A stretch of DNA of 64,000 nt from Lama guanicoe (Eukaryota): contig MU054391.1 of NCBI GenBank assembly GCA_013239625.1, positions 248,001 to 312,000 on the forward strand, read 5' to 3'. Below are positions 10,950 through 23,500 of this stretch, one piece after another; positions within the stretch are counted from its first letter, which is position 1; every line of letters starts with the position of its first letter. The notes below the pieces were generated by a model. It was given only the letters and a program-made list of their open reading frames with translations, did not search any database and was not told where the DNA came from. The position numbers were made by a program, and so were the translations under genes.

Positions 10950-13900
10950 GACCCTAACCCAGCACAGGACAGCTATACGCCCCCACCCTCCTCGTCTGTG
11001 TTGGCCAACGGAGCATGGGACTCACCCTCGACCCTCGTGGGCTCTCAGCACACCCTCTGAGACCCTTGTCTTCAACCCCAGGGCTCCGCGACACCCCTTC
11101 CTCCCTCCTCCAACCGCAGCCCCAGGCGTCGGGTCCTCATTGTGTTCCCAAACCTGATTGCAATGGCATCGACCTGGACTCCCCGCTGAGGTCTGCCTGC
11201 AGAACTCACCCTCTGCTCAGTTACAGACACTTTGCCTGGAACACAAACAAGGGCTTATCAAACCTTTGCTGAAGACTGCTGGGCAGCCCCCACACCTGAG
11301 ACCAGCCTCAGCTGCTGGGCCGGCCCCACGGACTCCCCTCACCTGCACCACCCCGTCCACGCCGTGCCCGAGCTTTACCTCCCCCGCACGCCGGGATACC
11401 TGAGCTGCCTCCTTACCTTCTGCCGTTTCCTGCTCCTGTGCCACCATCTCATCGGCCCCGAATGCCTTGTATCCCCTCCCCCATGTCCCCGTGTCCCCGT
11501 GTCAGTGCCGCCCCACACTCCCATCACTTCCTGTAAACTCTCTGTGCTCACCTTATTCTGTTCTACTTGTCTGTCGGTGTGTTCATCTTCCCCACGACTG
11601 AGTCTCCTCGGTCATTTAATAGCCCCCAGCCCCATCACAGACAACTGAAAGTAAACATTTGCTGGTTGGGAGAATCAAATGGAAATCATTTCTATCTCGT
11701 AGAATTTTTAGGAGGATAAAATGGGGTAATGGTTGTGAACATGATTCAAGAACCTAAAAATGCTTTACCAGTGTTGGTGACAAAGTTGACGTGGTGGTGA
11801 AGAAGGCGACATGGGTGTTGCGGTGGTTGGCGGAAGGGACCAGGTCTTGGGAGAGAGGTCGGAGCTGGAAATTTAGTAACATCCGTCATCACGGGGGCGT
11901 CAGCCTGGGACAGTGACCTGGGCGACGCCCACAGAGCATCAGGGCCACCTCTCTGCAGAGCGGCACTGGAGGTGCAGCTGAGGAGTGAGGAAAGCAACAC
12001 GGGGCCAGAGAGGGAACAGCCAGAGAGACCGAAGGAAACCCAGAGACAAAGGGTGTCCCTTCTAGAGAGAAGGGACAGCAGAAGCAGCGTCCGCAGAGAG
12101 CTGGAGTCAGAAATGGGACACTTTCCACCTGAACTTTGCAGTTAAGTCCCCACTGTTCACCTGCATGTTTTTCTTTGGACTAAATTTGCGCATCCGGAAA
12201 TAAATAAAACAGTCACTCAAAATTTACTGCTCTCTGTGAGGGCAGGACGGGCACCTGGCTCGCATCCCCTTCGCCCGGCAGATAGCTGACCTGCAGCGGC
12301 CTTAATTCACAGGGCTCTTCAGTGGAAGAAGTTCAGACGGGCAGTGCAGGGCCGCTGTCTAGGTGACCTGTGTTAAGATTAGCTTTTTCACGCCTGAATA
12401 TCTCCCCGGGTAGGTGTGATAAGATTTCCTCTGGAACATGAAGTTGGTAAAATGTTGTGTTCCTTGAGCGGAGAAGTTGCCTTGTTTAAATACACATTAA
12501 GGCAGAGCGACCTGAGATGACGATGGGTCCCTGAGGGCAGCTATGTTTGCAGTTAACGGGGAAGGGGGTTTGCCGTCTGTGTGGCGGTGGGTCCTTCCTC
12601 CCCTCCCTCGCCTCCTCCTGCTGACTGCCCCCTGCCCCACCTCTCCCTCCTCCTCCTCCTCTCAGAGCTGGGGAGTTTTATCTTGGAATTTGAAATGCTG
12701 AAATTTCACTCCAGGGTCTCCAGAAACACTAGAGCAGTGATGGTGTTTTAGATAAAAAAATGCAGCAGATGTTAGCGTTGGTTAAGTATGCAGTCCACAA
12801 GCTTTTCATGAAGAAAAAGCAAGGGGTGAGGACGTTACCCAGAAAAAATTGGGCAGTGAAATACTATAACGTCCAAGATAGACACGAGTGAAAGTTTAAA
12901 CAGCGATGAGAAGGCTGTCTGCGGCAGGTCTCAGAGGAAGTGACAGACGCCTCAGGGCCCGTGCCTGCTCCAAGCTGGAAGCTGGAGAGTCGGGAGATCA
13001 AGTGAGGGCAGCTCCTGATGGCCCCGGCCCTTGCCCCCTGTGCTCCGTCCAAACTTGTCTCTGCTCCCTCCCTGCCCCCCGCCACTGTCCCCTCCTCACC
13101 ACCAGGGTGACATTGAACTCTGTCCCCTTTACACCGGTCTCAGCTCCTGATGGCAGTTGAAGGGAAACCACAGAAACCACAGCGGCCGACCAGCCTTCAA
13201 ATCCCCAGGTAAGCGTCTGGAAGGACTTGGTGCAACTTTGCGACCACCTTCCGTCTTCCCTGCCCTGCGCTTCCTACGACCCCCGGAAGACGATTCCCGC
13301 CTTCTCTCCTCCCCAGACCTGCAGCAGCTCCTCCCCAGCGGCGTCTTGGCTCTGACGACCACGCATCCGCCCGCCTCCTCCGGCCTCCTCTCCCTCGTGC
13401 CCTGGCACTGGTGTCGGGGGCGTGTCTTCACCCACACACGAGACACGCTCCCCAAGCGGGGGAATCCAGCCTTTCATCTGCTCAAGGGCGTCACTCCAGC
13501 AAATCCTTCCATCTCCTGCGTCACTGTCTTTTCTTCTTGTTGGATAATTCCCATCAACAAACGTCAAGGATCCTTCCTGTGTTAAACAGAAACCTCCTGA
13601 TTACATGGACCCTTGCAGCCACCGCACGATCCTTCTGCTCTTCCTTGTAGCAACTGCCAGCAGAAGCAGGCGCGTCGCCCCTGCCTCCTCCCGCGCCTCC
13701 AGCTGGGCTCCGACCCCAGCGCTTCCCTGAAACTCTCTCACGGGCTCCTCGGAGCTGTTCCAGTGGGCACTTCTTATGCATCCTTCAATGCACGTAATGA
13801 CCGCCTTGGACGCAGTGACCCCACCTGTCCCATCTGAACGGCCGTCACCTGCCCTCCAGGACCAACCGTCTCACCCTGGCCTCCCGGCTCCCTGCCATCA

Positions 13901-14350
13901 GACACTCTGCGTCTCACTCACTGGCTTGTTTCTCACCGGCCCTGGGGCCGCCACCACCGGCAGGTCCCCAGTCCTGGCCACTCCTCCTCCCCGAATCCAC
14001 AGGCAGCTCCCACAGGTGACCCTGACGCTGGGTGCCGGACGGCCGTCTCCCACGCGGTTTTTCTGAATCCGCACGGTGACCCTGTCAGGGCTCAAGGTCC
14101 TTCCCTCCTAATAAATCTGTCTGAAGCTGCTGGCTGCCGCACTCTCCTGTCCCCTCACTGACTCGTGTTCCTTGTCACCACATATCGCTATTTAACATCC
14201 ACAGGTTTTCCTAATTTATCCTGTCTTTGTCTGACTTCTGCCCTAATCGCCCGCTCAGCGAGGACAGGGCTCTCTCTTCGTTCACTTGGGTGCTGCGAGT
14301 TGTTAGGACAGTGCCTGCTACAGAACACCTACCGTCAGGATTTCTGCAGG
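10950..14350. mobile_element. L2 fragments (about 11000-11670 +, 11800-12130 -, 13050-14350 +)
   Basis: C-rich L2 body and 3' signatures such as 'aggacagtgcctgctacagaacacct' and 'aaacatttgctggttg'. Confidence 0.5.
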
Positions 14351-15967
14351 GGACGCGCTAGTGGAAACGCCAGGTGAGTCACTGTAGCAGGAGAGAGAGC
14401 AGGACTGCGGGCGAGCGGCCTCGCTTGGGTTTGACCTGGAAAGGGGACGTCTGAGACAGACACTTCAGTGTCACCGACTGCAGGACACGAGCTGACCTTC
14501 GGGTCTCTGACAGAGAGGAGGAGCAGACAGGCTCCCTTCTGGGGGGTGGGGGGGTCTCGCTCTAACGAGAGGTGACGTTACAAGGACGCCCAGCGTCTCC
14601 TGGTGTCCGGAGACGCCTGCTTCAGTGACGACGGAAGAGACTTACTCGTGGGTGTCACTGGGGCTTCGTCACTGTCAGCACCGTTAACTCTGCCTTACAG
14701 AAGGTGGTGTTTTCATAGAGCAACCACATCTTTTTGTTTCCTCATTTTCCTTTTTTGGAGATTCATGGTTTTCCCATAGAATCTCAATCTTTCCTCGAGC
14801 CAGTGTGGCACTTTGTAAGTAAGTGGTTGAAAACATGAGCTGTCGGTAGTTTGGCTGAGGACACAACATAAGCCAAGATTTGGCAGGAAAAGTTCAAGCT
14901 CAAAGCCGCGTGTTCCCTGTGAATTATGAGCAGCAGGCCCAGAAGCTCGGCTGGTTTCCGTGGGCTTCAGGCTGAGGTCTGTTCCCTCCCGACTTCTTTG
15001 TGAGACCACCGCCCTGTCCCTGGTCAGGGAAGAATTCTTTCAGGACTAGCGGCAGTGATGCAAATCATGAGCGTGTGAGAGCAGCCATTGGTAATGCTGC
15101 TAGGTCTTCATTTTCTGCTAGTAACTAATCATCAACTATTTTTACTTGCTGCGTGTTCAAGAGAAGAGGAGGGAAGCAGGTCTCGTGTTTACTGACGGGT
15201 ACGTGTGAGTGTGCACATGTGGGAGTGCGCACACATGTGCACGTGTGGGTGTGCACCCCTGGACCACTGCCTAGAAAAGGTGGGCTTTCCCTCCGGATCT
15301 GGGGCTTCTGGCTACACCCTCTCCCAAGAGCCTGGCTGGCGAAGGAGCAGGGACAGTCCTGTGTCTCCGTCACCGTTCGTCCCCCCCCAGCTGCTGCCCA
15401 GCCCGAAGCACCCTGCTCTTATGAAGTCGACTCCTACAACCTCCCAGAGCACAGGTGAGGAAACGCCTGGTCAGTAAGAGCAGCCCCTCCACCCGCGGCT
15501 CGCTGCCCATGCCTGCCCCCAATCCCGGGGCCTGGAGGTGCGGGGCTGGTCAAGGCAAGGTTCGAGCTCTCAGGAAGTCCTAAGCTGTGGAGATAAGGCC
15601 TCTGAGGGTCCCTGGTGTGAGGGACTGTGATTCTGTCACTCTGAATGGTAGCTGCCCTCAGAACCGATCATGTCTGAGGTCCTGTGTCTGACGTAAGGCA
15701 CAGCCGGGGAGGGTGACGGCTGCTTCGCAGTATGTTTTCGGCTGAGCAGATGTGGACGTCGGAACCCCCTGTTCTGCCCACAGTTAGGGACCAGCCTCAC
15801 AGTCGTCTGACTTTCAGTCAGAAACCTGTTTCCAGTGTGAAGACTGTAAGACCATCTCCATTTCCCCGGGGCCGGTTTCTGCTCTCACCGGCGCTGACAA
15901 AGCTCCCTCAAGGCCTTGATGAATTCAATACTCTCCTGTTCCCCGAAAAACATCTCCCTTTGTCCAG

Positions 15968-16375
15968 AGTCTGATCTCGAATCAGCAGCCGAGGAAATCA
16001 GAACCAAGTCAGACTTACTGATGGTGCAGAAAACGGGGGCTGTGCCCTGAATCACAGACCCCACGTCTGAAATCCAGGCTGAGTGTGGGAGAGGACTCGG
16101 GAGCCCAGTCTCCAGACATTTTAACCCCAATACATCATCCCTGCCAGACTTCCCGGGTCCTGGGGATGGAACTGCAGCCTTATCTGCGGAAGGAGCCAAT
16201 TCCATCAGTCTTGCTCCGAGGGTTACAGGACATCTGTGTGTGTCACCCCTGGACGCAGCTCCTCCGCCTGCTGGTGGCCAGGTCTCGTCAGTGGAAGCCG
16301 TCCTGCCCTCAGAGGCTGGTGGAGGAGTGCATCCCGACTACTTGTCTGCTGTCCCAGCCACTAAAGGAGTGACAG
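15968..16375 (+). pseudogene. Extra exon-like segment (408 nt, one stop), no recognised homolog
   Basis: ccctttgtccag| acceptor. Phase 1 reads SDLESAAEEIRTKSDLLMVQKTGAVP*ITDPTSEIQAE...ATKGVT with a single TGA at 16048-16050. Donor is weak. Confidence 0.35.
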
Positions 16376-17107
16376 GTCCCCGGGTTGGGAAGCAGCTGTG
16401 GAGGCCAGGTGGGTGGGTCCCAGTGGGAGCAGCACCCAAGGTGCCAGAGACACGACTTCCCTCTGTGGCTTTGGGATGAGGCAGGCAGACCAGCCAGAAG
16501 GTCCCGCCAGGGTATGCGGGTCTGTGCTGCCTCAGAGCAGGGCTCAGCCCACCCACTCTTGTGCATGGACAGGGGGCATAATGCCCCTCGTGTATGTACC
16601 TGTGTGTTTGTGTGTATTTCTCTCTATGTGTCTCCCTGTGTGTATGTGCGATGTGTGCAGACTCATGGTGTTGGTGGGGCAGTCGGATACGGTCCCTCAG
16701 AAGTGCACAAGGCCTGGGGGACACCCCACATTTCTCCATCACCCTGATTCGCAGCTCTGACAACAACCAGTCTGGCTACTCGGGCACAGCGTCCGCACCC
16801 CCGATTACCCAGCTTCTAGTTTACAAAAACTAGAATTTGCTATTCTCTGTCTTTACTTTGGACGTACATTCAAAATACCAAAACACCACCAAACTTACGT
16901 TTGCAAAGGGTGTGTCCACGACATGCAAAGTAAGGAGGTGAAGGCCTGGTTTGAGATGAGAACTGTCCTCCCACCCGCCCGCCATGCCAGGACTTTCCCA
17001 CAGTTAGCTCGAGGGAGGTGACCACCTGGTACCGGGCAGAGCAAGGCAGTTTCAAACCCAGCGCTATTTTAAGTACACACTGTGTATCTGCTACTGCAGC
17101 GTTATCC

Positions 17108-17642
17108 TGTGTGGGAACGAGACAGCAGAAAACGGGGCCAGAGAGGAGGGCGGTGTCCCAGGTCTCGGTGAATCCCACCAAGTGAGGGTCCTTGGCTTCG
17201 CACAGGAGGGAATTCAGGAGGGAGCCACAGGGAGTGAAGGTGGATGTGTTCAAAGGGTTACACACGCCATGGACGGAGTGCGGGCCGTCTGGCTCAGAAG
17301 GAGAGAGTGGGGTCAGCTGGGAAAACCCAGAGCGGCCCGAGGCGCGGGCTGTTGGTGTTTACGGGCTGGGTTACTTAACGTGCTAACAAGGGGGGCGGTT
17401 ATTCCAGCCGCTTTGGGGAGGGGGCGGGGAGGCCCAGGCCCTGGGCCATCGCCCACTTTTCACCTTTGTGGTCAGCCTCCAGCCGGTCCTGGTACGGTGT
17501 GCGGGCCGTCTAGCCGCTGTTGCACTACAGCGAGCGTGTGCCGAAGCTCACGTTCCACTGGGAGCGACTCTCCCGCCGTCTTGGTGCTGATGGCTGTGTC
17601 GTTCCTTCAGTGCTTGCGCCCTGCACCCTGCTTCCTGTCTCA
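17108..17642 (-). mobile_element. ERV1-class solo LTR (MER41-like family of cetartiodactyls)
   Basis: 'gtccttggcttcgcacaggagggaattcaggagggagcc' and 'tacacacgccatggacggagtgcgggcc'; ends 'cttcctgtctca'. Confidence 0.6.
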
Positions 17643-17749
17643 GAAGCATCTCAAGAGATATTAGCAGTGGGGGTCGCTGCCGTGATTTGATGTTGTTTTA
17701 TACAGCGTCCTAAAGATAGTTTTATGTTTTCCCACGATTTCTGTACAAG

Positions 17750-17880
17750 GAAGCACAGAAATTAAAATCAATGGAACATTCAAGAATATTGGATTGAGTC
17801 GTACACAATAACTTGAAACAACTTTTGAAATCAAATCTTTGTGATTTCTTATTGCATAGGATGAGTACACTGTAAACCTA
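17750..17880 (+). pseudogene. Extra exon-like segment with coiled-coil-like peptide
   Basis: ttttcccacgatttctgtacaag| acceptor. EAQKLKSMEHSRILD*VVHNNLKQLLKSNL; 3' end uncertain. Confidence 0.35.
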
Positions 17881-18047
17881 CAAAAATAAAGAAATTAGGA
17901 AAAATCTATAAATAGACACCCTAATGCTGTCCTTACAATAAATAGCTGAATCCTGTTCCTGTCGTCCCCTCCAAGCACTGTCCACTTCCCGCCTCCTCGA
18001 ACAGAACGGAGGAGCTTTGAGGGTAACAACACCTCCTGTTTCCCCAG

Positions 18048-18095
18048 AACTTGGCTCAGCCTGACGCACAGCAGCCCCCGGCAAACCCTCGCAGA
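18048..18095 (+). pseudogene. Extra 48-nt exon-like segment
   Basis: cctcctgtttccccag| acceptor, AGA|gtgagt donor. Open 16 codons, NLAQPDAQQPPANPRR. Confidence 0.4.
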
Positions 18096-18435
18096 GTGAG
18101 TGCTGTCTTGGCCACTCGGAGGGCCGCTTGCATTCGCAGTTCAGGTCACCTGCACGAGCAGAAGAAACAAATGTTTGGGAGGAGTTTTGTTGTGTTTTGT
18201 TCTAATGGCCGGGAAACAAAAACAATTTCCTTCAACCATCACCTCGTTTTGTCTGGAGAGGTCAGCGCCTACTTCTCCACTTGTGACTTTGCTCTAAGAA
18301 ATGGCGCGGCCTCCACATTCCACCTGCTGCATTTGTGGGGAAACGGGAAATTCCTCAGGGCAATTAGCGTCGGAATATGGTTTGAAGATCTTGACTATCT
18401 CAGGAAACGTCCAATTTTTGGTCCCTTTGTAACAG

Positions 18436-18515
18436 TTAAGATGCCCTGTGGCCAGTGTCCTGAGGACAAGATAATAACCCTGGTGAATAAAAGTTGCCTA
18501 GCACAGAACCACACG
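18436..18515 (+). pseudogene. Extra 80-nt exon-like segment
   Basis: tttttggtccctttgtaacag| acceptor, ACG|gtattt donor. Open frame KMPCGQCPEDKIITLVNKSCLAQNHT. Confidence 0.3.
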
Positions 18516-19183
18516 GTATTTCAAAACCAAGCCCAGAAGCACTGTCTTCGCTGGAGACCCTGGTGACGCGGGGGAGGGCAGACGGGGAGCCCAGGCGTGC
18601 GGGTCGGTGATACGGTCGTGGCCCGAGGACAGAGTGAGCCGCTCCAGCCCTTCCCTGGGAGACGGAGGTGGCAGGTAAGCACGTTTGGACTCAGCAAACA
18701 AAGACTGACCACTTAATGTCATCAAATATATTGTCTCTATGGGTCATAGCAGACCTGTTTGTGCCAGGGTCGGGGGATGGTGGGTGAGGAAGGGCTGCTT
18801 CCGGGCTGCTGCGCTACTTTCCTGGAAGACAGCAGCCGTCGGGGCACCCTCTCCACGGAGCAGAGCACGGCCACGGCCGGCAGGGGCCCCCTCCGCAGAG
18901 AGCTCTGGGGCCAGCGGCGTCTCCTCGGCGCTTGTCACAAGAGCGCGGAATCTCTCCGGGGTCCCTGGAACGGTCGATCCTGTTGCTGGGCGTCCCCGCT
19001 GGCGGGCTTACAGTTCACATGCTGCTGCCAGAATGAGCTGTAGGCTTCCCCGCGTCGCTGCGTTTTGGTCTCAGTCCTGCCATCGTTCTGTCACCAGGTG
19101 TGATCGGCTTCCAGGAAAAAGCAGTTGCCTCGGTATTTATTGTGTCAATTTGATTTAAAACTTTCTTTTGATAGTTTTGCTAG

Positions 19184-19427
19184 GAAGCTGCAGCGAAGAA
19201 CACAAGTGACAATCTAGTAGGCGTGGGAAGTCTGACCAGACTGACAACGGCCTCGAGAGACCGGAGCCCTGGGGGTGCTTCGTGCGGAAGCGGAGAGAGT
19301 GGGGCCGAGAAGCCCCTTCAGTTTCCGTTGGTCCAGGCAGGGAAGTGTCACTTCTAACCCGGAAGAGTGCAAAGCTTTCTGAGCGGTCTTTCCGCCGCCG
19401 GGGGGTCTGATTCCATCTGTTTGGCAC
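19184..19427 (+). pseudogene. Extra exon-like segment (244 nt, one stop)
   Basis: ttttgctag| acceptor, CAC|gtatgt donor. EAAAKNTSDNLVGVGSLTRL...GKCHF*PGRVQSFLS with a single TAA at 19355-19357. Confidence 0.35.
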
Positions 19428-19876
19428 GTATGTGGCACATTCATCGTCCCCAAGAGAAGTTTCGGTCACTGAACCCTAGACGCTCACAACTGGAAGGGAC
19501 TGTGTGGATGGCCTCCCTCACTGCAGCTGGCAGGCAAGTGAAGCGTCTGGATGCTTCCAGTGGGGATCTTCTCAAAGTAGGACCCCAGACCCTCCTGCTT
19601 GAGGATCACCTGTGACCTTGTCAAAACACACTCTGTGTCCTCACCCCAGTTCCGCTGACCTGGAAGCTTGAGCATCTGCATGTAATCAGGAAAGTCCTGT
19701 GCAGCCCAGAGTGAAGGTGGCAGCAGAGCAAGGCAGTCCATTCCACTGTGGGAAACGACTCATTAGAGAGATATTGGGAAGTTATGTTCAGAAAAAAAAA
19801 AAAGAACAGAAAAAGAAAAAGAGAAGTCAGAACAGCTGACTTTTCCGGTTTCACTTCTAGTCGCAAGGCAGAGAGA

Positions 19877-20500
19877 TGTGGTCCTGTGGTCCATGTGGTC
19901 CTCTGGTCCTGTAACCTGGGGTCCTGTGGTTTGTGTGGTCCTGTGGTCCTGTAACCCTGGGGTCCTATGGTCTGTGTGGTCCACGTGGTCCTGTGGTCCT
20001 GTAACCCTGGGGTCCACGTGTTCCTGTGGTCCTGTAACCCTGGGGTCTTATGGTCTGTGTGGTCCACGTGGTCCTGTGGTCCTGTAACCCTGGGGTCCTA
20101 TGGTCTGTGTGGTCCACGTGTTCCTGTGGTCCTGTAACCCTGGGGTCTATGGTCTGTGTGGTCCACGTGGTCCTGTGGTCCTGTAACCCTGGGGTCCACG
20201 TGGTCCTGTAACCCTGGGGCCCACGTGGTCCTGTGGTCCTGTAACCCTGGGGTCCTATGATCTGTGTGGTCCATGTGGTCCTGTGGTCCTGAAACCCTGG
20301 GGTCCACGTGGTCCTGTGGTCCTGTAACCCTGGGGTCCTATGGTCTGTGTGGTCCACGTGGTCCTGTGGTCCTGTAACCCTGGGGTCCTACGATCTGTGT
20401 GGTCCACGTGGTCCTGTGGTCCTGGAACCCTGGGGTCCTGTGGTCTGTGTGGTCCATGTGTTCCTGTAACCCTGGGGTCCACGTGGGCCTGTGGTTCTGT
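19877..20500. repeat. Minisatellite/VNTR with ~50-bp and ~33-bp unit variants (about 14 units)
   Basis: Unit GTGGTCCTGTGGTCCTGTAACCCTGGGGTCC(TATGGTCTGTGTGGTCC)AC is directly visible. Confidence 0.97.
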
Positions 20501-20870
20501 AATAGAGCTTGATGCTGTGGCAAGAAGGTAAGGTGAATCTGAGGTCAGAGGCTACTGCTGCCTTTCTTTCAGTTTAATCTGAAAGCTCAACTGTGATGAA
20601 GGAGTCCATGATCTTTCTTCGGACTTGGGACCCCCAGCCTAATATTTTTGCTGTTGGGCAGGTACTTGTGGGCATGTTCTCGAGATGCCCGTGAGTGTTT
20701 GCAGGGATGGAGGGACTGTTCTGGAAGAGTCATTGTGCTTCAGGTTCTTCCTTCCTTCACTCTGAGGGTTCACCGTGTAGTCTGAAAAAAACCCCAACCT
20801 GGATTTGCCTCAGTTCCATGCGGAGAGATCGTTTATCTTTACTCGCCCTTGACTCAACGTTGAAGGCTGA

Positions 20871-21032
20871 GGAGAGGGTATAGCTCAGTGGTAGAGTGTG
20901 TGCTTAGCATGCATGAGGTCATGGGTTCAGTCCCTACTGCGCTCATTACAAATAAATGAATATCTAATTATCTCCCCCCAAACAAACAACAAAACAAAAC
21001 AAAAAACCCCAAACAAACAAAAAAACAAAAAA
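20871..21032 (+). mobile_element. tRNA-derived SINE, camelid Vic-1 type
   Basis: GGAGAGGGTATAGCTCAGTGGTAGAG (A box), GGTTCAGTCCC (B box), A-rich tail, and a degraded TSD (ttgaaggctga / ttgaagatga). Confidence 0.85.
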
Positions 21033-21429
21033 CATTTTGAAGATGAAGCCGCTTGGATCCTTTGGTGAGTGCATCCAGGCTTTATGCTCTTAAAAGCACT
21101 TTCTGAAGCCCATAAAGTAAATAGTGGTAGTGCGATGCAGAGAGCAATGATGTGTGTTTCTGAGCCCCATCTGTCATCTCAACAAATGATGTGGCCAAAT
21201 TTATAATTCAGTTTCTAAAGTCTAATAATCTCCAAATGTTCAACCAGACCCCTTGGCTGGTTCCTTTACAGCAGAGACATGCAACTGTAACTCAGCAGAG
21301 AGATGAAGGTTTTCACATTGTCATAAAAATCAAAGCTTTTCACCTTTCTTTGCCCTCCAGAAAGATCACTCTAAGATATCACGCAGTTCACTTGACCCAA
21401 GACCCCGAGCCTGCGTCCAGCACGCGTTT

Positions 21430-23500
21430 GCACATCTACGTGCAAATGCAGACACAGAAACGCACACGTGAGAGACGCGTATGGATGGGCAGAACAGTGC
21501 CAGACTCTGAGCTACTTCTCCTGAATGTGCAGCCACATTAGTGTCTTCTGGGACAGCAACTGCTTGCTGGATAAATCTGGTGTGAATCTGGTATCAACGT
21601 CACAGTGTCACACAGAAGAGATTCACCGCCTGGAAGCTCCCTTCATTTATTCTTTCCACAGCACCCTTTCTTCACGTAGCTCAGAGCTTCAGGCCTGTGC
21701 AATTCTCCTTCTCTCTGCAGAACCTCTTCAGTATTTCTCACAGGGCAGATCTGCTGGCTTTAAATCAATTTCTGTTTGAGAGAGTCTTAATTTTCCTTCA
21801 CTTCTGAAGAATTAGTTTGCTGGATGCAGAATTCTAGGCAGGAGTATTTCCTTTCCACACTTTAAATACCATAAGCCTTTCTCTTCTTGCTTGTGCGGTT
21901 TGTTCACACAAATCTGACATGATTCTTGTCCTTGCTCCCAGCTTAGTGAGGCAGTTTCCCCCGTCCCTGGACGCTCTCAAGACTCTCTCTGTCTTTAGTT
22001 TTCTGAAGTTTAAATATGACCTGCTAGGTGCAGAGTTTCTGTTATTTATCCTAGTGGGTGTTCTCTGGGCTTTGTGGATCTGCAGTTTTGTGTCTGTCAT
22101 TACTTTTGGAAAATTCTCAGGCAGGCATTTTTATTTCAGTTTGTTTTCTATTCCTTTTTCTCTCTCATCTCCCTCTAGTATCCCCAGCACACATATGTTA
22201 TAGACCTTTTATAATGGTGTGACAGTTCTTGGACGCTCTGTCTTTTTTCTTTTTTTTTCTTTTTGCATTTTAGTTCAAGATATTTCTGCTGATGCATCTT
22301 CGAGCTCACTGGTTCCTTGGCCGTGTCCAGACTACTATGAGCCCATCAAAGGCACTCTTCCTCTCCATTAGAGTGTTTTTTTTTTATTTCTAGCATTTTC
22401 TTTCTATTCCTTCTTAGAGTTTTCATTTCTCTGCTTACATTATTCATCTTTTCTTACACATTGTGTATTTTTTCCACTAGGATCTTGGCGTGTTTAGCAT
22501 CACCGTCTCACATTCACGTCTGATCATTCTGAAATTCCGGGTCTGACACTTACTTTGTCCCTTCAGGCTGTGTTTATTGCCTTGTCGCAGGTCTTGTCAC
22601 TTTTTGTTGAAAGCCCGACGTGATGTACCGGGTTAAAGCCACTGAGGTAACCAAGCCCTTGGCCTAAGCTTTCGTGTTTGTCTGGCTGGGGTTAGGCTGC
22701 GTGTCCTGTTTTCCGTAGCTGTGGTGTCAGAGGTCAGTGCTTCCTCCGGTGTCCTTGTGTCTGTCTCACTTTTTGTCTTTTAGTGTCAGACATGTGGCTC
22801 TTCCAGCTGTGAAACTTGCTGTTTTTCAAGGGACTCGTGGGTGTGGTGGTGCGGTGCAGGGAGGGACGCACCCCAGACCCCATGACCAGGTCTCGGTCTT
22901 GCAGTTAGACTGCGCCCTGGGGTTTTTCCTGAACACGTGCTTCTTGCTCCACGCCTCCCTCAGAGAGACACAGAAAGGCTGAAGCCAGTGCCGCTGGCTG
23001 TCTTCCTTTCCCAGTGGTCAGGCTCTGACAAGCCTCCAGGTGGTGAGGCTCTGGTAAAGCAGTTTCCCTTGAAGGCAGGCCTCGTGTGCAGGAGAGAGCC
23101 CCGGGCTTATGTCATACCGGCCGTTTTCCCCTCTCATGGCGAAAGCTTGAGGGGAGTTTTCTCTGATCTTCATTCTGAGAACCTGGAGGACTTCCTGGAG
23201 GTAAAACTCACAAAAGCTGGGGCCTTCCAACGGGTTGGCCCAAAGGGACCTGAATCTCCTATGCTTGTCCAGATTAATCTCCGGGAACTACTCAGCCCCC
23301 TTTAAGGCTTCCTCGCAGCTGCCGGCTCCAGGGGCTTCTGTTCTGTGATTCTCTGTCTTCACCTGTCTGTCTCTTCAGTTTCCAAGGTGGCTGTTGGCCC
23401 ACCAACCTCAGTTCTACACTGAATCTACAAAGTTGTTAATTTTCAATTTTTTATTGTGAGAGTGGAAATGCCAAACTCTCTGCATATTGGATTAGACCCC
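21430..23500 (-). mobile_element. Old L1 5' region including an ORF1 remnant
   Basis: ORF 21834-22100 (-), LQIHKAQRTPTRIN...ERVLRASRD...TRIMSDLCEQTAQARRE, matches the L1 ORF1p RRM/CTD motif pattern. Confidence 0.85.

Noticed and set aside
19877-20500. CRISPR-like array or repetitive protein ORFs (DHTDHRTPGLQ...)
   Set aside because: There are no unique spacers and no cas genes, and the DNA is mammalian. The ORFs are translations of a VNTR.
20871-20945. tRNA-like sequence
   Set aside because: It has an A-rich tail, a degenerate cloverleaf and a second copy with a TSD, so it is a SINE rather than a tRNA gene.
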